A stretch of 53,922 nucleotides of DNA from a virus. Taxonomy: Duplodnaviria; Caudoviricetes. The translations under genes and the position numbers were made by a program. The notes beneath the pieces were generated by a model, which was given only the letters and a program-made list of their open reading frames with translations, searched no databases and was not told the DNA's origin. Numbering within the stretch: the stretch's first letter is position 1; each line of letters starts with the position of its first letter. Positions 37,667 to 47,530 of this stretch are shown here, piece by piece. The stretch lies in the IMG/VR virus record IMGVR_UViG_3300027754_000008, positions 1 through 53,922 of that record, one strand, 5' to 3'.

Positions 37667-37722
37667 ACCGAACCCTCGAAGGGTACCTAACAGGGTACCT
37701 TGAGGGTACCTACTAGGTTACC
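37667..37722. repeat. Second cluster of origin-like GGTACC repeats upstream of the packaging genes
   Basis: ACCGAACCCTCGAAGG shared with 26559-26574; AGGGTACCT x3 plus AGGTTACC. Confidence 0.75.
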
Positions 37723-37897
37723 AACAAGGGTGGCGTTATGAGAACTTGTAAATGCGGCGGGTTAGTCAGCGAGTACGAGGTAAAGGCTGGAACCAAGTGG
37801 AAATGCCATGCTTGTGGACGCATGGAAGTGTTCAGTAGCGAAAACCCAAAAGGTTTGCTAAACTCTGGGGAACCAAATCAACAGGGGAATACGGGTC

Positions 37898-38482
37898 ATG
37901 CCAGAAACCGTCAAGAAGGGGTCTAAAAGCCCCGCCAAGCCTTCAAAAGCCAAGACTGAGGTGAAGGGTGCTATGACGCCTGCAAAGCCCGCTAAAGCCT
38001 CAAAACCAACACCAAGAAGAGTATTCGACCAAAAGGTAGCAGACCTCATATGCATGATGCTCAGTGAGGGGATGAGTCTACGCCAGATACTGAAGGCGGA
38101 TACGACTGGAGCGTTACCTGCGCAGTCGACGGTTTACGAGTGGTTGCTTCGCCACCCTGCCTTCGCGGAGCAATACGCACGCGCACGGGAGGAACAAGCC
38201 GATACCAATGCCGATGAAATCCTAGAGATTGCCGACGAGATGCCCCCTGAGTACACCGATGAGAAGGGTCGCACCAGTTTGGACTTGACCTACATCCAGT
38301 GGCAGAAGAATCGCATAGAGGCGCGTAAGTGGACAGCCGCCAAGCTGAGACCAAAGAAGTATGGCGACCGTATGGCTGTAGAGGGTGTAGAGGGTGGAGC
38401 ACCTATTGCCACTGAGGACGCATCTGCTGACAAGTTCCTTGAGATCATTCGCAACATGGAAATGAGCAAGCGTGCTGGTTGA
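37898..38482 (+). CDS. terS: Terminase small subunit
   Basis: IC..LSEG.SLRQI...P..STVYEWL...F..QYARARE...RIEARKW...KL.PKKYGD (Sf6-like). Confidence 0.9.
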   Translation: MPETVKKGSKSPAKPSKAKTEVKGAMTPAKPAKASKPTPRRVFDQKVADLICMMLSEGMSLRQILKADTTGALPAQSTVYEWLLRHPAFAEQYARAREEQADTNADEILEIADEMPPEYTDEKGRTSLDLTYIQWQKNRIEARKWTAAKLRPKKYGDRMAVEGVEGGAPIATEDASADKFLEIIRNMEMSKRAG

Positions 38483-39878
38483 AATACTAGAAGACCCAGA
38501 GGTTAAGGCGGAGTTCAACGCCTACCCTTTGCACGACCGTATTGCAAAGATTGCACACTCCGAATGGGTAAAGAGCGCACACAAGTACCAGATACCTCCG
38601 CCGCTTAAGATCGACTACACCGTGTGGATGATGCTGGCAGGGCGTGGAGCAGGCAAGACGCGCTCCGCCGCTGAAGCGCTGTGGTGGTGGTGCTGGCTGG
38701 TACCTAACAGCCGTGGGCTGGTGTTGGCTCCTACGAGTTCTGACGTAAAATTCACCTGCTTTGAAGGGCAATCAGGCTTGCTCTCGGTGATCCCCAAAGA
38801 GTTGATCGTTGACTACAACAAACAAGACCACCAAATCAAGTTGGTCAACGGTTCAAGCATTCGCGGTATCAGTGCAGACTCATACGAGCGCTTGCGCGGC
38901 CCTCAGTTCCACTTCGCATGGTGCGACGAGTTAGCCGCCTTCCAATACATTCAAGAGGCGTGGGACATGATGATGTTCGGTCTACGCCTTGGTGACCAAC
39001 CACGGGTGATTGTGACCACCACGCCTAAGCCTAAAGACCTGATACTCGATCTGATAGGCAGGGAGGGTGACGACGTGATCATCGACCGCGCCAGCACCTA
39101 TGAGAACAAGGCTAACCTCGCAGAGAGTTTCAGCAAGCAGTTAGAGACCTACCGTGGTTCAAAACTTTATGATCAGGAAGTGCTCGGATTAGTGGTCGAC
39201 CTCGAAGACGGTAAGGTGGTCACAAGGGATATGTTCCAGATGTATCCCGCTGGGAAACCATTCCCTAAGTTTGAGTACATCCTACAGTCCTATGATTGTG
39301 CGTACACGGACAAGTCCTACAACGACCCAACAGCGTTCACGACATGGGGTGTGTTCAAGCCGATGGACGGGCCAATGTCCGTGATGTTGATCGACTGCTG
39401 GGCAGAGCACCTCACCTTTCCTAAGCTGAAGGATCGCGCTATGGATGAGTGGCGAGTCTCTTACGGTGAGGGTAAGGATGCCAAGCGCCCCGACCTAATC
39501 CTAGTCGAAGAGAAGGCGGCGGGTCTGTCTCTCATTCAGGAACTACAGAAAGCGCATTTGATTGTCAGGGGGTATAACCCCGGTCGTGCCGACAAGATGC
39601 AACGCCTCCAAATCACCGCCGCTATCTTTGCCACCAAGAGGGTATGGCTCCCTGAGTCTGAGGTGCATAAGGGTTACGTCAAAGACTGGGTGGAGGGGTT
39701 CCTGTCTCAGATATGCGCATTCCCTGACAGCACGCACGACGACTACGTCGACTCAGCAACTCAGGCTATGAGGTGGCTGAAGGATGGTGGTTGGCTCGAC
39801 ATCGATCCTGAGCCACTGTATGATGACGACGACTACTTTGATGCCCAACCTGCGCGGGTCAACCCATATGCTGTCTAA
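38472..39878 (+). CDS. terL: Terminase large subunit
   Basis: Walker A AGRGAGKT, Walker B AWCDE, VTTTP, nuclease YDCA...HDDYVDS. Confidence 0.95.
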   Translation: MLVEILEDPEVKAEFNAYPLHDRIAKIAHSEWVKSAHKYQIPPPLKIDYTVWMMLAGRGAGKTRSAAEALWWWCWLVPNSRGLVLAPTSSDVKFTCFEGQSGLLSVIPKELIVDYNKQDHQIKLVNGSSIRGISADSYERLRGPQFHFAWCDELAAFQYIQEAWDMMMFGLRLGDQPRVIVTTTPKPKDLILDLIGREGDDVIIDRASTYENKANLAESFSKQLETYRGSKLYDQEVLGLVVDLEDGKVVTRDMFQMYPAGKPFPKFEYILQSYDCAYTDKSYNDPTAFTTWGVFKPMDGPMSVMLIDCWAEHLTFPKLKDRAMDEWRVSYGEGKDAKRPDLILVEEKAAGLSLIQELQKAHLIVRGYNPGRADKMQRLQITAAIFATKRVWLPESEVHKGYVKDWVEGFLSQICAFPDSTHDDYVDSATQAMRWLKDGGWLDIDPEPLYDDDDYFDAQPARVNPYAV

Positions 39879-39880
39879 CC

Positions 39881-42800
39881 ATGCCTGACATTTCTAAACT
39901 TGCTAAAGGTCTGACTGCCATCGCAAAAGGCGCGAAGGAGGAAATCCCATTTTCTCGTGGTGTAAAGACGCTATCAAGGGCTGAGAGCGACGAGAACCTT
40001 CGCAAGATGCTGGAGTCAAGCAAGATCAAGGAAAGACTGTTTCACGCAACGCCAGAGGACATCAAGTTCTTTAAGCCCGGCGGACTTAATCCCAAAATGA
40101 GTGGTGAAGCAATTTGGTTATCACCTGATCCAGCCAAAACACCAGCCGCACATAACATCGGTTACTACGACAATCCTCGGCAAGGTGTGAACATCATGCC
40201 TGTTCATGTGCAAGCAAAGAATCCCATGATTTTGGATGACGTGGATATGCTCAAGTGGGCGCAACAGGTATATGGCGAAGGTAGCAGAGAGTTTCCACAG
40301 TTAATGCCAAAGAAATGGCGTGAAGAAGTTATGAAAGATTACGACAGCATTGTGTTGGCTGATCCGTATAAACGCGGTGATCCGCACGAGGTCATCATGT
40401 TTGAACCTGAAAAGATTAAGTCAGCCACTGGCAACCGTGGAACGTACAACACCGACACGGCAGACATTACAAAGCGCAAAGGCGGTGCTATCCGTAAGGC
40501 TCGTGGCGGTCTTGCTCGAATGGCTGGCGGTGGTCAACCATCCAAAGTATTGAGTGGCAACATCATGGCTGGTGCTAGTTGGAACAGTATCAATCCAACA
40601 CTGGCGGACAGGCTAACTGAAGCTACTGGGATGCCAACGTATAACGCCGCTGTTGGCGCTACGACAAGCGCAGATACCTACAAGCAGTTGATAGATTTCA
40701 TTGAGGCTGGTGGTTCATTTGAAGAGGGCGCTAACGTATTTTTGCAGGCAGGTGGCGCTGACTTTTTAAAAGGTGTGTCGAGAAAAGATACTGAAGAAAA
40801 CCTAGACAAAATTCTTACTGAACTTGAAAAGAGAGGCGTCAATGTTGTCTTGACTGGATCACCAGATGCGTCGTCTTACGAACAGGTTATCTCAAACAAC
40901 TTTAATCCTGCATCAGACCAAATTTATAACAATGTTGTTGCCAAGCATTCCAATGTGGTGTTGGTTGATTCAATGGGTGAAATACTGCAAGACAAATCGT
41001 TATTGTCAGATTCAATACACCCCAACGAGCAGGGCTGGGAGGTCTATAACGACTCTGTGCTTGGTGCTCTCAGTCAGCTAAAAAAGCGTGAAGAGCAAGA
41101 AGTCCAAAAAGAAGAGCCTGTAGACATTCCTCAAGAGATTGAGAAGATTACGCAGACAAGCACCCCAGAAGAGCGTTACACAAAAAACACTGAGGCTGAG
41201 CAACCTGTAGACATCCCTGAAGAGATTGAGCGCATCACCAACAATTCTCAAGAGCAGTACACACCAGATTTTCAGTCTGAATACGCATTAGAAAATATTC
41301 CTCAGATCAATACAGAGATGCCTGTGCAAACGCCCCAGACAGGCTACCAAGCGCCGCAAACCTATATGCCTATACAAGAGGTGCAGGAAGCCGAATCAGT
41401 GCCGTATGAGCCTCAAGAGATTGCGTCAAATCCAGAGCAACAGCCAAGAGCCGTTGAAACAAGGAGCGGCCCAGACTACAGCCGCGCATATGGTGCGTTA
41501 GGTGGTGAAGAAGTTGTAAACAACCTGTACAAACAATTCTTAGGGATGGGGTTGGATGAAGACACCATTGGCTCAGTCTTTTCCAAATACTATTCACCCG
41601 ATGCACAAGAGGCTAAGAAGGGTGGCGCTATCCGTATGCAAGTCGGTGGTCTGGGTACCGTTGCCAAACTTGCCGCCGCTGAAAAGGTAGCCCCAGCCGC
41701 TAAGGTTGCTAGAGGGTTCACCCCAAGGTTGCTTGAGTCGACTACCAGCAAGATGTTAGATGACATTTTGGCAAACAATCCTAAGTTGACACCAGAGGCG
41801 GCATTTAAAAAAGCAAAGGAACAAGCGGAGCGTAAGTTGACGTGGGAGAGGGAAACAAAGCCCGATCTAGTTAAGCAGTACGGCCCGTTAGCCCGAGCCT
41901 CTTACGAAAAGACAAAAGTCAACAAGATGCAGAACACCGACGAGGCTGTTCAAAAACGTATCCAAAAAGCTAACGAGTTCCTTGATCAACCAACCGAACC
42001 GTGGACACCACCTAAGCCAGAGTTGCAGGCATTTGATCGTTCATCGATCAAAGACGCAATCGAGGGGTTTCCAAGCATAGAGCAGACGGCATTTCCCCGT
42101 GACATCCCAACCCGCGCCAGCACTTCTCATGTTGAGGGTTTGTACACCGATCCAGTCAATCGTGAGTTAATTAAGAAACAAATTACTCGTGGTTTACCGT
42201 TGGGTGGTGAGACCTTTTACGGTTCGCTGTACCCCATTAAACAGGCGGTGCTTGAAGCTGGTATGCCAGCAGAGAAGTTTGACAAGTGGGTTCATTCATT
42301 AGCGCCAGCATCCGCAAGAAACTCTATCATCAACGAAACCGCTGTTGGTCAGTTTTTGCGAGACATGAACGCTCGTGGTATTCCATTGACTGAGGAAAAT
42401 GTTGCCATTGAAATGGCTAAGTACAAGCAGAAGTTTGGCGTAGCGCTACCCCTTATGCCTGTGCATCGTGAAGGCGTGGCTAGTGTTTTAGAGGGCGGAC
42501 AAGACTTGCGTGAGATGAGCAAAGCAAACATTCCGACTAACTACAAGATTCCTACCTACGGCGCTCAAAAAACAGGCGACTTTGGCAAGTCCGTAGTGCT
42601 TGACGTGCATGAGGCGGCGGGGCAAACACAGGGTAGTCGCTACCATCCTTACTTCAAAGAGCAAGGTGGGTTTGGTAACACTGAGTACAACGCTGGTGAG
42701 CAGGGAATGATGGGGATTGCTGAGGAGTTGGGGATACCCGGCGGCATGGCGCAGGCTGGTCGTTGGTTTGGTGGTGGCGAGTTGACTGGTCTCAAGTCAC

Positions 42801-44503
42801 CGCGAGGCGACGCGCTTGACATCCTTGAGCGTCAGGTAGCTTACACCCTCAAGCAACAAGGCAAACAACCTAACCCTACAATGATTCGCAATGAGATTCT
42901 CAACCAGATTAAAACAGGAGAAGGTCAACTTTTACCTTGGTACAAGAGTGAAGGTATTCCAGATGTGCGTCAAACTGGATTACAACGCAAAGACGGTGGA
43001 TCGGTTGAGGCTCCTCCTTTTCACGACTTCGACCAGATTATGAAACGCAAAGACGGAGGCACCGTGAACACAACATTTGAGCAACGCCTGAAGAGCGCAA
43101 TAGAGAAACACATGGCTGGTGGCGGTGAGGTGCATATGGAAGAGGGCGGATCATACCCACCCAAAAAAGATGTACCTGAGATGAGTCCTCAAAAGTATTT
43201 AGAACTGCTTGCACTGCAACCTAAGTTAGGTTTGCAATCAGAAAAACAAATCAAAGCATTTTTAGAAGAGCAGTACAAAAAAGAAAAAGAAGAAGGCTTT
43301 GGAACCCCTCAAGCACGCATGGATAGGGCTATCAAAACAGTAACACCGTTTATTGGTGCTGGCGCTGACATCGGAAATTTTGCGGCTAACATTCCCCACT
43401 ACTTGACTGAGGGTGTTTCCGCCGTTGGTAACTACGCCATGAGCAAAGTCCCATCAATGAGCAAGCCAGCATCAGTGCTTGACACCGAAGGTAAGGGTGA
43501 TCGAGTGGCTAAGTACCCACTTGAATCACTCCCAGAAGTTGAACCGTTCTATGGCAGTGCGGCAATGCAACGTGATGCAAAAAACGCTGGGTTAATGGGT
43601 GACTCTGAATCGCCAGTGTATGACACTGCTATGGCGTTTCTAGCCCCCTATGGTGCGGCTAAGGCACCCAAGGCAATTAAAGGCGGTTTAAATGCAACAA
43701 GAAGTGGTTTAGAAAATACAGCCGCCGCAGTGCGCAATCCATTTCAATCAGCCACGCTTACGATGGAGCAAGTAGCCCCAGACTTAGGTCAATTAGGCGG
43801 TGATAAATTTAAAGAATTGCTTACACGCAGATTAACTATGAACGAAGGTGCGCCTGTAAGCATGAGCATTATGGGTGGTCGCAAAACAGACAAGACACTT
43901 GGACAAGGTTTGTATGAAAACAAGGCTGGCGACTTTGAAACAAACCCTATGGTAGGTGTCAATATTCCACGCGCTGGTAACTTATCAACTAACAAAAAAT
44001 TGCTTGCAGACATTGGTACAGCGGGGCAAGAGTTAGGTCAGGAGATGGTTGCCGCGCATAAATTTACACCGTTGTTATTTGGCAACGCAAAAGATGCAAC
44101 CGCTATGATGGTTCGCGGTGCTGACGGTGCGCCTTTAACTCAAAAGCAAATCATAGAATTAGCGGGTGAGTTGCCCAATATGATTGCCTCGCACAGCCCT
44201 AAAGCTGGCGGTATGTTTGTAGCCCCATTTAAAGGTGATGCTTTAGATTATGCAAAGGTGCAAGAAGCGGCATCAAAAATACTTGGTAAAAACGCTCAAA
44301 TTAAATTTGGTAAAGCAGACCCCGATAAAGACATTATGTATCGTGGCGATTATAAAGATATGGGTGCAAGAGCGCCTTCAGCCGAGTCCATAGCAATGCG
44401 AGACCGCTTGAAGAAGGCGGAGGCGCGGATTGTTCGACCGCCTTCCAAATCACAGCCCGTGTCAAATACTCAGCCTCCTTCTCTAACCAGTACGCTTCGT
44501 TAA
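39881..44503 (+). CDS. Large polyvalent protein: ART-like domain, SGNH hydrolase, glycosylase-like DxH domain, unknown C-terminal region
   Basis: FHAT / WLSP / MPVHV..KNP / YDSI / EVIMF..EKIKS; GASW..NAAVG..DSIHP; VLDVH...AQAGRW. Confidence 0.75.
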   Translation: MPDISKLAKGLTAIAKGAKEEIPFSRGVKTLSRAESDENLRKMLESSKIKERLFHATPEDIKFFKPGGLNPKMSGEAIWLSPDPAKTPAAHNIGYYDNPRQGVNIMPVHVQAKNPMILDDVDMLKWAQQVYGEGSREFPQLMPKKWREEVMKDYDSIVLADPYKRGDPHEVIMFEPEKIKSATGNRGTYNTDTADITKRKGGAIRKARGGLARMAGGGQPSKVLSGNIMAGASWNSINPTLADRLTEATGMPTYNAAVGATTSADTYKQLIDFIEAGGSFEEGANVFLQAGGADFLKGVSRKDTEENLDKILTELEKRGVNVVLTGSPDASSYEQVISNNFNPASDQIYNNVVAKHSNVVLVDSMGEILQDKSLLSDSIHPNEQGWEVYNDSVLGALSQLKKREEQEVQKEEPVDIPQEIEKITQTSTPEERYTKNTEAEQPVDIPEEIERITNNSQEQYTPDFQSEYALENIPQINTEMPVQTPQTGYQAPQTYMPIQEVQEAESVPYEPQEIASNPEQQPRAVETRSGPDYSRAYGALGGEEVVNNLYKQFLGMGLDEDTIGSVFSKYYSPDAQEAKKGGAIRMQVGGLGTVAKLAAAEKVAPAAKVARGFTPRLLESTTSKMLDDILANNPKLTPEAAFKKAKEQAERKLTWERETKPDLVKQYGPLARASYEKTKVNKMQNTDEAVQKRIQKANEFLDQPTEPWTPPKPELQAFDRSSIKDAIEGFPSIEQTAFPRDIPTRASTSHVEGLYTDPVNRELIKKQITRGLPLGGETFYGSLYPIKQAVLEAGMPAEKFDKWVHSLAPASARNSIINETAVGQFLRDMNARGIPLTEENVAIEMAKYKQKFGVALPLMPVHREGVASVLEGGQDLREMSKANIPTNYKIPTYGAQKTGDFGKSVVLDVHEAAGQTQGSRYHPYFKEQGGFGNTEYNAGEQGMMGIAEELGIPGGMAQAGRWFGGGELTGLKSPRGDALDILERQVAYTLKQQGKQPNPTMIRNEILNQIKTGEGQLLPWYKSEGIPDVRQTGLQRKDGGSVEAPPFHDFDQIMKRKDGGTVNTTFEQRLKSAIEKHMAGGGEVHMEEGGSYPPKKDVPEMSPQKYLELLALQPKLGLQSEKQIKAFLEEQYKKEKEEGFGTPQARMDRAIKTVTPFIGAGADIGNFAANIPHYLTEGVSAVGNYAMSKVPSMSKPASVLDTEGKGDRVAKYPLESLPEVEPFYGSAAMQRDAKNAGLMGDSESPVYDTAMAFLAPYGAAKAPKAIKGGLNATRSGLENTAAAVRNPFQSATLTMEQVAPDLGQLGGDKFKELLTRRLTMNEGAPVSMSIMGGRKTDKTLGQGLYENKAGDFETNPMVGVNIPRAGNLSTNKKLLADIGTAGQELGQEMVAAHKFTPLLFGNAKDATAMMVRGADGAPLTQKQIIELAGELPNMIASHSPKAGGMFVAPFKGDALDYAKVQEAASKILGKNAQIKFGKADPDKDIMYRGDYKDMGARAPSAESIAMRDRLKKAEARIVRPPSKSQPVSNTQPPSLTSTLR

Positions 44504-44657
44504 GTACCTTGATATGACTCAAAGCATCTTCCCTGTCGTCGTATTCCTCGCTGAAAAAAGCACACCCTTTAGCTTTACGGTCGATGACGCGCCAGCCAGT
44601 GCCAGTAGGAAAAGCAGAGTACGGGTACTTTTGACGAAGATCGTGTGGTATGTGCAT
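44334..44657 (-). CDS. Putative leaderless antisense gene
   Basis: 107-aa ORF filling the intergenic gap; TTGCCA-N18-TAAACT with TGn, ending 6 nt before the ATG. Confidence 0.45.
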   Translation of the reverse strand: MHIPHDLRQKYPYSAFPTGTGWRVIDRKAKGCAFFSEEYDDREDALSHIKVLNEAYWLEKEAEYLTRAVIWKAVEQSAPPPSSSGLALLWTRLKALLHPYLYNRHDT

Positions 44658-44686
44658 GAAACAAGTTTAACACAGGAATAAACAAA

Positions 44687-47164
44687 ATGGCAAAACAAAT
44701 GCCCATCGACCAAGAATTTGATCGTTTTATTGACGGACTCAAAAACAACAAAGACGGTAGTGCTGACGTAGAGGTAGAGGACGACATCAGCGACGTTGAA
44801 GAACTAGAGGACGGTTCCGCCATTGTGCGTATGGGTGAAGACAAAGAGTCACCAGAAGACCCTGAGTTCTACGAAAACCTTGCCGAAGAGGTTATGAATC
44901 TGTACGACCTTGATAAGGTTGGGATGCGTTACCTTGACCTGATTGAGAAGGACAAGGAAGCACGCGAACAGCGCGACAAGCAGTATGAAGAGGGACTCAA
45001 GCGGACGGGTTTAGGCAACGATTCGCCGGGCGGTGCTCAGTTCATGGGTGCCAGCAAGGTCGTGCACCCCGTGATGGCTGAGGCGTGCGTAGACTTTGCC
45101 GCTCGTGCTATCAAGGAGTTGTTCCCGCCAGACGGGCCTGTCCGCACAAAGATTATGGGCGAGGCTACTGAGGAAAAGACAGAACGCGCAGAACGCAAAC
45201 GTGATTGGACTAATTGGCAGTTGACTGAGCAGATTCAAGAGTACCGCGACGAGCAGGAGCAGTTGCTGACCCAGCTACCGTTAGGTGGTTCCCAGTACAT
45301 GAAGCTGTGGTACGACGAGCAGAAGAAGCGCCCCTGCGCTGAGTTTGTTCCTATTGACAACGTAATGCTACCGTATGCCGCTGTGAACTTCTACACCGCC
45401 CAGCGCGTGACTGAGATGCAAGACATCACAGGGATGGAGTTTAAAAGGCGTATTGATTCAGGACTGTACCGCGATATTGACTTTGTTCGCGCTACGTCAG
45501 AACCTGAGCAAACAGCTTCAGAGAAGGCTAACGACAAGATTGAGGGTAGGTCTTACGGTGACAACGAAGACGGTCTGCGCAAGGTTTACCACATCTACAC
45601 ATTCCTTGAGGTCGAGGACGACCCAATTACCAAGGGCGAGTTGGCTCCCTACATCCTAATGATTGATGAACTTGAGAGCAAAGTTTTAGGGTTGTACCGT
45701 AATTGGGAAGAGGGCGATGAAACAATGACCAAGTTGGATTGGCTCATTGAGTTTAAATTCATCCCTTGGCGCGGTGCATACGCTATTGGGCTACCCCAAC
45801 TCATCGGAGGTCTCACAGCCGCCTTGACGGGTTCTCTACGCGCCTTGTTGGACACTGCGCACATCAACAACTCGGCGACGATGCTGAAGTTAAAAGGTGC
45901 AAAGGTTTCTGGGCAATCACAGAACATTGAAGTGACTCAGGTGACGGAAATTGAGGCAGGGCCGGGCGTCAACGACATCCGCCAAATCGCTATGCCCATG
46001 CCGTTCAATGCACCCTCTCCCGTTCTATTCCAATTGCTTGGTTGGTTAACAACAGCCGCCAAAGGCGTGGTCACCACCGCTGAGGAAAAGATTGGTGATG
46101 TAACAGCTAACACCCCAGTGGGAACTACGCAGGCTTTGATCGAGCAAGGTGCGGCGGTGTTTTCCGCTATTCACGCACGTTTGCATGAGAGCCAGCGCAG
46201 AGTGTTGGGTGTGCTTGGTCGCATCAACCGCTGGTACTTGGACGATATGCGCAGGGGTGACGACGTTGCTGAGTTACCTATCAGCCGTGAAGACTTTGCA
46301 AAGAACAGCGACATTGTTCCAGTATCTGATCCGCACATCTTTTCTGAGACACAGCGCATGGCACAGATGCAAGCGGTGCTTCAAATGTCGGCGGCAAACC
46401 CGGGGATGTTTGACCAAAAAGCCGTGTTGAGCCGAATGCTCAAGCAGTTGAAGGTGCCTGACATTCAAGAGTTGTTACCTAACGCTACCAAACCGATGGA
46501 GCACAACGCCGCTGATGAGAACGCCGCAATGTCTTTAGGCAAGTCTTCGTTTGCATATCCTAGCCAAGATCACTTAGCGCACATTCAAGTCCACCTAACT
46601 TTTGGCCTTGATCCAATGCTGGGTTCCAACAACTTGATTGCACCAAAGTTTATCCCGCAGGCGTTGGAGCACATCAAGCAACACATGATGCTGTGGTACA
46701 CAAGCCAAATGAGTGCTTATGTGACTGCTGGTACTGACCTCAAGCTAGGCCCTTACGAGGACAGCAAACTTGCACCAGAGATTGACAAAGCTATGGCTAT
46801 TGCGTCTGATCACGTCAAGTTGGATACCGCTGAGGTTTTCAAAGGCGTGCTACCAGCGCTTCAGCAGTTAGGTCAGGTCATGCAACAGTTCAAACCACCA
46901 GCACCTCCTATGGAAGGCGAAGCACAAGCTGTTTTGCAGGCTTCTATGGCAGAGACACAACGACGCGCCGCACGCGACCAAGCAGATATGGCGCAGAAGG
47001 CAAAAGAATTGCAAGCGAAGATCGCTATGAACGCCGAAGACAACCTAACGAAAGAACGGATGATGACGGCAGACCTCACGGTCGAGGAGATCAAACTGCA
47101 AAGGGAGCAGGAAGAGACAGCACTCAAACTGCAAAATGTTACACAACGCAACTTAGGAGATTGA
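44687..47164 (+). CDS. Portal protein
   Basis: 825 aa; HPVMAEACVDFAA...FPP.GPVRTKI, LPLGGS..KLWYD, PVGTT.ALIEQG; lies between terminase and scaffold. Confidence 0.9.
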   Translation: MAKQMPIDQEFDRFIDGLKNNKDGSADVEVEDDISDVEELEDGSAIVRMGEDKESPEDPEFYENLAEEVMNLYDLDKVGMRYLDLIEKDKEAREQRDKQYEEGLKRTGLGNDSPGGAQFMGASKVVHPVMAEACVDFAARAIKELFPPDGPVRTKIMGEATEEKTERAERKRDWTNWQLTEQIQEYRDEQEQLLTQLPLGGSQYMKLWYDEQKKRPCAEFVPIDNVMLPYAAVNFYTAQRVTEMQDITGMEFKRRIDSGLYRDIDFVRATSEPEQTASEKANDKIEGRSYGDNEDGLRKVYHIYTFLEVEDDPITKGELAPYILMIDELESKVLGLYRNWEEGDETMTKLDWLIEFKFIPWRGAYAIGLPQLIGGLTAALTGSLRALLDTAHINNSATMLKLKGAKVSGQSQNIEVTQVTEIEAGPGVNDIRQIAMPMPFNAPSPVLFQLLGWLTTAAKGVVTTAEEKIGDVTANTPVGTTQALIEQGAAVFSAIHARLHESQRRVLGVLGRINRWYLDDMRRGDDVAELPISREDFAKNSDIVPVSDPHIFSETQRMAQMQAVLQMSAANPGMFDQKAVLSRMLKQLKVPDIQELLPNATKPMEHNAADENAAMSLGKSSFAYPSQDHLAHIQVHLTFGLDPMLGSNNLIAPKFIPQALEHIKQHMMLWYTSQMSAYVTAGTDLKLGPYEDSKLAPEIDKAMAIASDHVKLDTAEVFKGVLPALQQLGQVMQQFKPPAPPMEGEAQAVLQASMAETQRRAARDQADMAQKAKELQAKIAMNAEDNLTKERMMTADLTVEEIKLQREQEETALKLQNVTQRNLGD

Positions 47165-47165
47165 A

Positions 47166-47345
47166 ATGGCTACTACTGACAAAGAGCAACAAGACGAGAC
47201 TGTCAAACAACACACCCGCATGGCGGCTGGTGCTTGGGTTACAGGCGACACATTAAAAGAGAAGGGTACAGCGACACTACCAAAAGCTAACAGCGACCAC
47301 GGGAATTTCTCCCAAAACAAGGGCGTGGACAAGAGCAACGCATGA
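47166..47345 (+). CDS. Small head-region protein (not in the ORF track)
   Basis: 59 aa MATTDKEQ...; AGGAG RBS; ATGA-coupled to the next gene. Confidence 0.6.
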   Translation: MATTDKEQQDETVKQHTRMAAGAWVTGDTLKEKGTATLPKANSDHGNFSQNKGVDKSNA

Positions 47346-47530
47346 GGTACATATCCGACTTTATCGGTGCTGTAGAAGCGCGTAAAGCTGAGATTGCTAA
47401 GTCGGTTATTGCGGGAAACTGCATCAACTACGAGGCATATCAAAGGCTAGTCGGTACCAATGCGGGTCTTGAAGAAGCCCTTGACATCCTAAACAACCTT
47501 TTAAAGGAAGAAGAAGACGATGACAGATAG
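47342..47530 (+). CDS. Small helical head-region protein
   Basis: YQRLVG...GL pattern; usual position before GroES. Confidence 0.65.
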   Translation: MRYISDFIGAVEARKAEIAKSVIAGNCINYEAYQRLVGTNAGLEEALDILNNLLKEEEDDDR

